Source: Perkinsus olseni (taxonomy: Eukaryota). From it: a stretch of 64,000 nucleotides of DNA. This document shows positions 55,643-64,000 of this stretch, one piece after another (within the stretch, counting starts at the first letter, position 1; every line of letters begins with the position of its first letter). Location: the NCBI GenBank assembly GCA_013115125.1, contig JABANN010000004.1, positions 62,001-126,000 of the forward strand, read 5' to 3'. The position numbers and the translations under genes are program-made. Under the pieces are notes generated by a model, which had not been told where the DNA came from, searched no databases, and was given only the letters and a program-made list of their open reading frames with translations.

Positions 55643-57335
55643 ATGGCTCGGATCATAGTATCCAATATACCATCTACTCTTCGTGAGAGGGAGCTTGATG
55701 ATATATGTACTACCCTCGCAACTACTACCTTCCCTGCTACTGTGTCCCCCTCTTCAGTTTACAAATTTGGCAGGATAGAGTCCATCGAGATCCGCGGCGC
55801 CAGAATCAACGAGAGTTCTCGGAGGCGTACAGCGTAGGCATGTGTTGTCATCACCGACTAACAGTCCGCGTCATGAGTTCAGATACGCCTATGTTCAATT
55901 CCGGGACTGGCAAGATGCCGCCGATGCAGCCAAGGTAGGCTACTTCCTCGGACGTGTTGTTTGAATACCCTCCCCTCCTCTCTGCAGTCACGTAATGGGT
56001 ATGAGATTGACGGCCAGCCCATCACTGTTGAAGTGGACGCCGAGTATCGTAAAGATGCTCGTGGAATGTCTTCTAAGGGGAAGGGCAAAGGAGGCGGCGG
56101 CAGGTGATCAGCCTTCCCATGCTGGCGTACACCTCGGGACTGTGCTCTATCTAGATACGGCGACTACGGTGGTGGATACGGCAAGGGCGGTGGCAGTGGA
56201 TCCCCTTCAGCGTGAGTGCTACGACCTGATGGGGCTGCCTTCTCCACGTGTATCGGTGCAGATACTACGACAATATGGGTATGTCCGAGAAGTACTACCG
56301 TGTGGTCGTCACCAATCTACCACGAGGAGCCTCTTGGCAGGACCTCAAAGACAAGATGCGTGATGCTGGCGAATGCCGGTAGCAAGGAGATCTGTCAGCT
56401 CAGCTGTCCTAGACCCCTGCTGGTCTTCGTTAGATTCACTGAAGTCACCCGTGACGGTGTCGGTGTAGCTGGCTTTGCTGGTCAATCTGATGTCGAGAGC
56501 GCTGTCCGCACCCTCGATGACACCGAGATGAAGAGCCATTTTGTAAGGATAGTGTATAGGGAATATTGTCACGGAGAGGATCATAACCATAGCCAACTTC
56601 CATCGTCGTGTGCTACTGGCGGCGGCCGCGGTGGGGATGATAAAATAAGAGTGGATAATCGGATAGGAATGATGGAGGATCATCATTACGTTAATGAGGA
56701 TATCACCACTGCTGCTGATGTTAATGACGATAATCAGTATTAGTTCGGATGATAATGAGGATTGGATGATAATAATAATGTGGACAACATCCGGATGGTA
56801 CTACTACGGATCCTAGTTATCATCAGTACCACTCCTCACCCTCATCATACTCTGTACTCCTCTATCGGATGCGAAGGGCGGATTAGGTTCGTTTTCTGTG
56901 GATGTGAGAATTCTCTATTCTACTTCAGGGCGACACGTCCATTATTCGAGTAGAAGAGTTCACTGATGAGAAGCATGGCGAGACGCTTGGCCACATAGGA
57001 AAGGGTAAAGGCTTCGGCAAAGGCAAGGGCAAGGGGTAAGCACAGCGCCTACTATCCCCAGGGGTCTCGATCACTTCTTTTACCTGTGTAGGTATGGTTG
57101 GGGTAAAGGCGGCTGGGGCGGTAAGGGCTACTCCAGTTGGGGCGGCAAGGGAGGTTACGGTGACTGGGGTGCTGCACCACCACCATCCGGAGGCTCCTAC
57201 GATGACCCCTACAGTGGTGGCCGCTCACCACGGGGACGTGACTCCAGGCGTAGATCACCGAGCTATGGTGAATACCATACTAAAGAAAGCCGCAGCCGTT
57301 CCCGCGGTAGGGGAGAAAGAGGCAGTCCACGGTAA
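55643..57335 (+). CDS. SR splicing factor, SRSF1/SF2-ASF-like (RRM, pseudo-RRM, short RS tail), multi-exon
   Basis: RRM1 'IIVSNIP..LRERELDDI|FYKFGRI..YAYVQF.D..DAADA..RNGYEIDG'; RRM2 'YRVVVTNLPRGASWQDLKDKMRDAG' with the SWQDLKD signature; 'LDDTEMKSHF|G'; G/K-rich and RS C-terminus. Confidence 0.92.
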
Positions 57336-57512
57336 GCTGGTCTCCCTCTCGGGTCCGGGCATTAGTCGTGCCTCAGTTACGATTAAGAAGTTGCTGTAAG
57401 AATATTAAGCAGATGGTTAGCACCAACCACAGTAGACCTTGGCAACAGTTCCGACCTTTGTTGGGTTCAGTGGTTAATAAAGCGGTCTCGCTATTATTCG
57501 GTCATATCCGAT

Positions 57513-58758
57513 ATGGTGGGAGTGCGTGAAGACGATGCACCGGCCAACGACTTGCAGGCTCTCCGTGTGGGTGTAGTGGACCTAGAGAAGGAAGTGCTGA
57601 AAGCCGCCACTACGGCATCATCATCATCATCAACTCCGATCACACGGCAAGATATTAACAAATGGGTAGGGGAGGTGATGTTCTGGCTGCCGATACAGCG
57701 CAGCCTATCAGGGATCGTTGGTCGTCCAGTATACCGAAGCCTTGACAACCTCACTTGTGGTAGAAGGCTTCTCAATGCCCTCCTATGATGCAAAGATGAT
57801 CAAGCAAAGGTGGGAAGAGTATAGGCGGCTAGTGGAAGTGCTCCACGCAGGCTTAACACTGTCACGACCCTGCTCGAGGCAATGCAGTCAGCGGACCGAC
57901 AACGACGACGGCGGCGGCATCATGGGAAGAGGTTTAGCTTCCGTCAGAGGCCGATACCGGATGATGAGTGGGAGGCTCATCACGCCACGGAATCGACAGC
58001 TACTACTGCCGGACCAAGCCCAGCATCGACCTCTGTCTATCCATCGTCGGCCAATGTGATGAGTATCTACCACCATTGACGTCTTCCACTTTGTGTATTT
58101 TCCGTAGGTCATCGGCTTTCGTGATGGTGGTGTCTTCGATGTTGAGGTCAATAGCAGCTCAGAGGTCTACACTCTACAGGATCTCACCAACTGCACCGTC
58201 CGCTTCAACACCAGCAGCAGCAGCAGCAGCACAGCCCCTGTCCAGCACCTACCTGCGGCTATATACATCCATGGTGTATGCAAGAGCTTCATCGCCGTGA
58301 CTCATGGTCGGTCACTTCCCCTTCCTTTGGGGAGCCTGATGCTCCTCTCTCAGAGTCTCCCACTCCCGGCACTCCAGTTGGTCCGGTGATTCTCTGCTAC
58401 GACTGCCATGACACCATTATACAGCTATCGGGGTGTATTGCCCGACAGCTTAGGATCCACACCAGCGATGGTATGGTCATCTATGCTAACGCCAGCGCTA
58501 CGCCTATCATCGAGGACTGTAATCATTCCGGCCTACCACCGGATCTATGAGGGATACTGTTGGTGTTCAGGCACTGGAATAGCTATGGGAGGCAGCTTTG
58601 ACACCACGCCGTCCTCTGTCACTGTAGCCGACTTCTCCTACCTCCAAGTGGATGGGGCATCTCCTAACTGGAGGCCTATCCCCGACAAGGTCACAGTGCG
58701 CCGGCATGTTTGGGATGGAACGTCCCCTCTGAGTGAGCTAATCAGCCTCTTTGAATGA
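57513..58758 (+). CDS. TBCC: Tubulin-binding cofactor C (TBCC), multi-exon
   Basis: 'MPSYDAK', 'KRFSFR', 'DLTNCTV', 'PVGPVILCYDC', 'ARQLRIHTS' with the catalytic Arg, 'PIIEDC' and 'VADFSYLQ..ASPNW'. Confidence 0.85.
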
Positions 58759-58832
58759 CATGTTTCCTGTAAATCACTGCGGACTCGTCTTAATAGCCAT
58801 CAATTACCCATGTAAAAGCATTCTTGCTTACC

Positions 58833-60621
58833 ATGCCCGTGACCTTGGCCAGATGGATCGTCACCTCTGCCTCTCTGGCCGCCGCTGTTGAGGCCACCAT
58901 GATCACATTGAGATCACCATACGAGTCGGTTGAAGCCCGCCATAAGTATTATTGTACCCTTCTCAGCTGGTTGGGCATGTTCTACTATCAGGGCTCGAAT
59001 AGAGTACAAGCAGTCGGCCACGGCGGGCACTCAGACTTCTATGGCCAGGCTAGCCGTCACCCGTGGGAGGTACCTCAATAGCGGGGTTTCGACATCCTAT
59101 CGCAGTGCTCATCTCAGCTACTATGGTCCGATACTCATCGGCCCGGAGGGGGAAGAGCAGGTCTTCGATGTTGTCTTCGATACGGGATCGGTTAACCTAT
59201 GGGTGCCTGATGCTACATGTGACACACGGGCTTGCTCCGAGCATAAGGTAGAGGTGTACGGATGTGTTGTTGTCACGATACCTCCGGTCAGGCTTACAGA
59301 GCTGATGAGGCGCAATCAGAAGGCGAGTCGGTGGTAGTAATGGTACCAGCGATATAGGTCATGGCCACCATGGTCTTATGTAGATGGGGATCAAGTACAG
59401 TACGGGAAATGTTCAAATCAAACAACATTGGGATAGAGTAAAGGTAACTAGACCGAATGGCTTGTATTGACAGCGCCCTCCTTTTCCCGGTCAGATCGGA
59501 AACTCCTCGACTCCGGTAAGTATTAGTACTGTAGCCTACGCATGCACGCCCTTGCCACGCCGTAGTCATGATAATCGTCTCAGCATCAATCATTCGGTAC
59601 GGCCGTATACGAGTCTGACTTCCCCTTTGAGGATTATCCTTTCGATGGTGTATGCGGGTAATAGTGGCGGTATTACTATTATCAATGGATGCTCCGTATC
59701 CACTGTCAGGCTCTCCTGGAGTCGCCCCGATGCCTCCTTCAATCTGGACGGCCCTACCCTGATGGAGAACATGCCAGATCTTGGAGTCTTTACCTTCTAT
59801 CACAGCAAGGATCCTGCCCTACCCGGCGCTCTCTTTCTAGGAGGTACCTCCTCCCACAAGCAAGCAAGTCGCATCTTATCCCCGCAGGAAGTCGTCCCCC
59901 CGCGGATAAGGTGGCCCCTGGAGCCCGCATCCGATGGTTTCCACTTGTGTCGTCAACCCATTGGGATTTGGGTGCTATTGATGTGGTCGTCAACGGCAGG
60001 AGACTTGGCGTATGCACGAGAGAAGAAGGCAGCCCCTGTCACTTGCTAGTGGATACGGGTAGTGGCTAGTCATGGGCTAGAGAGTGGGGCAGAATCACGC
60101 GGCAGGTACCTCTGATATCAGCTTCCCGAGTGACGTATTCGATATCGTTAGTGATGCACTCAACGTGAGGGCTGGTTGCTCTAACTATGACAGTCTACCT
60201 ATGCTAACCTACATAGTCCGCGGGGAAGATGAGTATGGCAAGGAAACTGAGGTGTTGCTGCAGCTGCTCTGATGGGCAGCAGTCTGATATCGCAGGTAGA
60301 GGTAGACGTGAGCCCTGCTGAGTATGCCTTGAGATACGATGGCTTCTGTGATATCGACATCTCAGCGAGGGACGTCAATTCCAACAGAGGTGGTCCTCAT
60401 CTCCTCATCCCTTCCACTTGAAAAGTCTCATCTCAGGCCCTCTATGGATCGTGGGTAGCCCTTTCCTCCAAGCCTATATGACAACCTTCGACAGAGGTAG
60501 AGCTGTACTACTAGATACCGCTCCAAGCAGTTGCTGTATGCTGCCAGATAACCACCGTATTGGGATCGTCAGGAGTCAGCATTCCCACTCGGAGTCCCTG
60601 ATATCCGGTACCAGCTACTAG
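58833..60621 (+). CDS. Secreted pepsin-family (A1) aspartic protease, multi-exon
   Basis: Signal peptide, 'YYGPILIG..EQVFDVVFDTGSVNLWVP...C...C', a second 'LLVDTG|TS', and 'WIVGSPFLQAYMTTFDR|DNHRIG'. Confidence 0.9.
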
Positions 60622-60832
60622 AGCCGTCACCAGTGTTACTTCACCACCTTCATGCATGACTACAAGAGTGTTACTAGGGATTGCAGTAGCGGTCTGTATA
60701 CGGACCTTCGCTCGCCCCATGATCTCGTTACTCACCCGTGTGGCTTCTTTATCCATGTCCGAGTCGTGTTGTAACTTGGTGTGTGAAAAAAGAGGATCGG
60801 TCGAGATGGGAGTCTTCCCTCAGTAACATATC

Positions 60833-62361
60833 ATGGCAGCAGACGATTGTCGGCAACACGAGGAGATCCTCGATCGCATACAGCTGTTGACGAATAAACT
60901 GGTGAACTTTTGTGAGAACGCTGACCTCGTAGGCAGGTCATCGTCTGGTGACAAGTCACGATCATCAGCAGTATGCCTAGATATCGACTGCCCCTGTGAT
61001 GGCCGACATCCTGTAGGGTGAAAGCCTCTCTCAGTGTGATTCATGATCGTAATGATCAGCATGACAGGTACTCTGTACTGGAGAGGCGAACTCTAAGAAG
61101 ATCACTGTAAGTGCTGGGATTGGTGTTAAGCATCTCTGCCAGCTGTGGTATATCTTCGAACTCATCCAACAGCTCTTGACAACGGGCCGTACAGCCACTC
61201 AAAGGGAGCTGTAAGGCCGGCATGCTGCAGCGGCTGTGTCATTGTACTGTGTGAGGTACTACCGCTCCCTAGGCTCGTCGGGAACCCAGCAGCAGCTATT
61301 TCCATCTCAAACACGACTGAACGCCCGTCTGGTTGAGGCCGTAGACCTTCTGCAAACGGAACGACACAGTAGGAATTCTTGACCCTTACGTGGAGATTCC
61401 TGGGTATGTGCCAGAAGTGGGCATCTTGAGCACAGCGAAAGGGCTCCTCGCTGGTCCCAGAGATACAATATTTTACGGCCGAGATGGTCCGGCAAGCGTC
61501 CTCCTGCATCTGAACACCGAGGCAGCAGACCAGGGGATTACAATAACAGAAGTGACCCCTCTCACAACCCTACTATATGCCGTATTAATGCCTGCAGAGT
61601 CTCGTCGCCAATTGCACGTCCTTTGAGTCCGCAGCCCGGCATGTCATCGTAGTCGAGAAGGACACAGTATTCCAGGTAGTTGTACTCGAAGGGAGTTCAA
61701 CGTGATCCTCTGCAGCTCAGCGTATTCTAAGCCAAGGTGGCCGGCATCCTCTACTTGGCCGTTTACCATGTTTCATTATCACAGCTCGAGGATATCCGGA
61801 CTATCGCACCATTAGGTTCCTCAGTCTTTTGCATAATGTTGCCGATAAGCAAGTAATAACAGATCTAGCGTATTCTTGGCCTACACCTACCGCAGGGTAC
61901 CCAACGGCTACCCATGTGGTACCTTGGCGACCTCGACCCTCATGGGCTCAGTATCTACCTAGCCTACCGACGCCGTCTTCCTGAACTCAAATGGCTCGGT
62001 CTGAGCCATAACGATATCGAAGAGTACGTAGAACTGCGGAGTGCATTGAAGGTCAGTATTTCTACGTCAAGATACAACATTCCTGTCGAGGCGTGCGGTA
62101 TCCAAATGACAGCGTGCGACGAGACTCTCCTAAGAAGGCTTTCGGCCGATATCGAAAGTCTACCAGGAGTCGTCGCCGATGAGGTGGCTTACCTCAACAC
62201 ATCCCGCCGCAAATTCGAGGTACAGAGGAGTTGCGGGGATGCGTCAGCCGAGCGTCATTCTTCAGATAGAGTGCATGTACTGCCAGGGGCTCGACTTTTT
62301 GTCCGAGTCCTATCTCATTACCAAAATTTTATCCGATCCTCCTCCTCATAAGTTGTCATGA
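60833..62361 (+). CDS. SPO11: SPO11 / topoisomerase VI subunit A, multi-exon
   Basis: 'ATQREL|YY' with the catalytic Tyr across intron 61211-61255, 'GILSTAKGL', TOPRIM 'IVVEKDTVFQ', 'ITARGYPD..T..FL', 'DLDPHGLSI', 'LKWLGL' and 'KFE|IE'. Confidence 0.9.
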
Positions 62362-63009
62362 AAACACGATTACCCATCAGCGCTTCGCTGGTGTTTCCTT
62401 ATTGCAGTTTTGTGGTGTTAAAATACAAGTACGGTCGGGGGTGAATTCAACACTCACTGGTACGAGATTCATCTGACGAAGTGCATGAAGCTCGCGCACT
62501 GGAGAGTGGTCCTAATCCAGCCCAAACGCAGACTAGTATGTTGGTGGACATGTCCGCTTGTACAGCGAAAACTGCGAAGCTGTTTGTGGTGGCCTGTGGG
62601 CACAGTCCCTCACACGCCTCTCTGGCAAGTATGGCACACGTAGACCTACGTATGTTATCTACTCAGGTTGAAGATTCTGGTAACATTCGCACGAACTGAC
62701 TTCAGGAACTCAAGAAACCATTGATCTTTGAGATTCCGAGACTCACACTATCACACTAAGACTGATACGAAGCATAAAGATCATTGTTACAGGGCATATA
62801 CACCCAATAATCGCCCGACGCGCATACGGGAAGTGTGTTGCCAAAAGCGAAGTAGTTAAAAAGGACGTCATCACAGGCATAGGCCGAACGATGCGTTCCA
62901 ATGCAAATGTCGACAAGGAGGTATAGATACTGATCATCACCTTCATGTCGTCGGAGTTACAAGTATCATCACAAACCCTCAAAGACGTACTACCGCAGGA
63001 AACCGAGAT

Positions 63010-63919
63010 TTAACGCACTCTGGGCGGCGGGACCCAACCGAGACCAAGCTGAGGGTGAGCTCCGACCATCGTCAGCTCTGGCTCAATATTGAAGCCCATC
63101 ACCCACACATTCTCGTCTCCGATGCTCTGGTACGCTGGAGAGGTCGTATTCTTACTGCCAGTCGGATCTACATTGCGTATGGTCTCTTCTCTACCCTGGA
63201 TGTGGGCGAAGTAGATCTCAGCGCATCTCTTGGAACCAGGAGAGAATCTCTGCCACGGACGATTGCGCATCGAGGCGACGAATGCACAAAGGCACTCATG
63301 TGATGTAAAGTTTACAAAAGCATAACCACGGTTGCTAATCTGAAAAGACACGAAGATGAACAACGCTGAACCTCAAACTTAGAATCACTTTGGCTGTGTC
63401 AACAGGGAGATAGAGAAGATCATAACCACCGTTCTTCATCATAGGGCAGGCTGCTTCAAGCTCATCACGCAGCATAGCGACGGTGTAACTGAACGGCATA
63501 GAGCATCATGAGCTGAGGGGAGGTGATTGACTATCTACGTTCGGGGAATGCGCTTGATCATAACAGTAGTCTTCCCTTCGCCGGAATTTGGCAAATCCTT
63601 CCCTCGGTTTAATGGTCGATTGAGAGGACCTTCGTCGATCTGGAGACGGCCAACATGAGCAGCCAAGGGTACCACCAACTCTGGATGTGAGGAGAATATC
63701 TCCCACAGACTACTGCCATAGTTGCCAGCATGAGTATCGTAGGTCGAACCAGCCGCGAACAACATCGATATGATGGAGAAGCTCCAGATACCTGCAACTT
63801 TGTTCAGCTGTGAGCATACCCTCCAACCCCCGATTGAAACCACACAAAGCGAAGTGAGCTGGAAGGAAATGGAAGAGCTCTTTCACTTCTTCACCGTCAA
63901 CTTCAGTGGTAAAATACAT
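63010..63919 (-). CDS. Mei2-like C-terminal RRM (RRM_2) RNA-binding protein, multi-exon
   Basis: 'KTTVMIKRIP', 'YDLLYLPVD', 'SNRGYAFVNF' and 'SKRCAEIYFAHIQG'. Confidence 0.88.
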
Positions 63920-64000
63920 CTACTTAACAGACTACTCGCTCACACTGACCGAGATACACACTTGTTAAAGGAGAATGATAGTTTTACTGCTGTCATCGAA

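Overview
This is eukaryotic, gene-dense DNA with many 40-60 nt GT-AG introns and a few GC-AG introns. The gene style and content suggest a Perkinsus-like alveolate, which is an inference. About 25 protein-coding genes lie in co-oriented blocks: a probable TFIIIC large subunit (partial), ATR kinase, Obg GTPase, Sec61-gamma, CDC50, eIF4E, an Eaf1-like HSA/Myb protein, a flavin fumarate reductase ending in -SKL, HINT, Asf1, an MFS transporter, a ZIP transporter with two inserted cNMP-like domains, an intronless Ser/Thr kinase, a multi-ubiquitin-like/UIM protein, MLH3, a RAD51 paralog, thioredoxin reductase, an SRSF1-like SR protein, TBCC, an aspartic protease, SPO11, a Mei2-like RRM protein and a few hypotheticals. 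Signals the ORF track misses or does not explain: (1) the thioredoxin reductase is a selenoprotein (Ser-Cys-UGA-Gly-stop) with a clear SECIS and an SRE-like hairpin; (2) the SR gene has a long GGAT-saturated intron that looks autoregulatory; (3) a near-copy of the spliced leader lies antisense just upstream of eIF4E; (4) an orphan secreted 6-Cys peptide; (5) a PTS1-bearing fumarate reductase. No CRISPR array, rRNA, tRNA or intact mobile element was recognised. Gene spans include introns, exon boundaries were read by eye, and no database searches were run.
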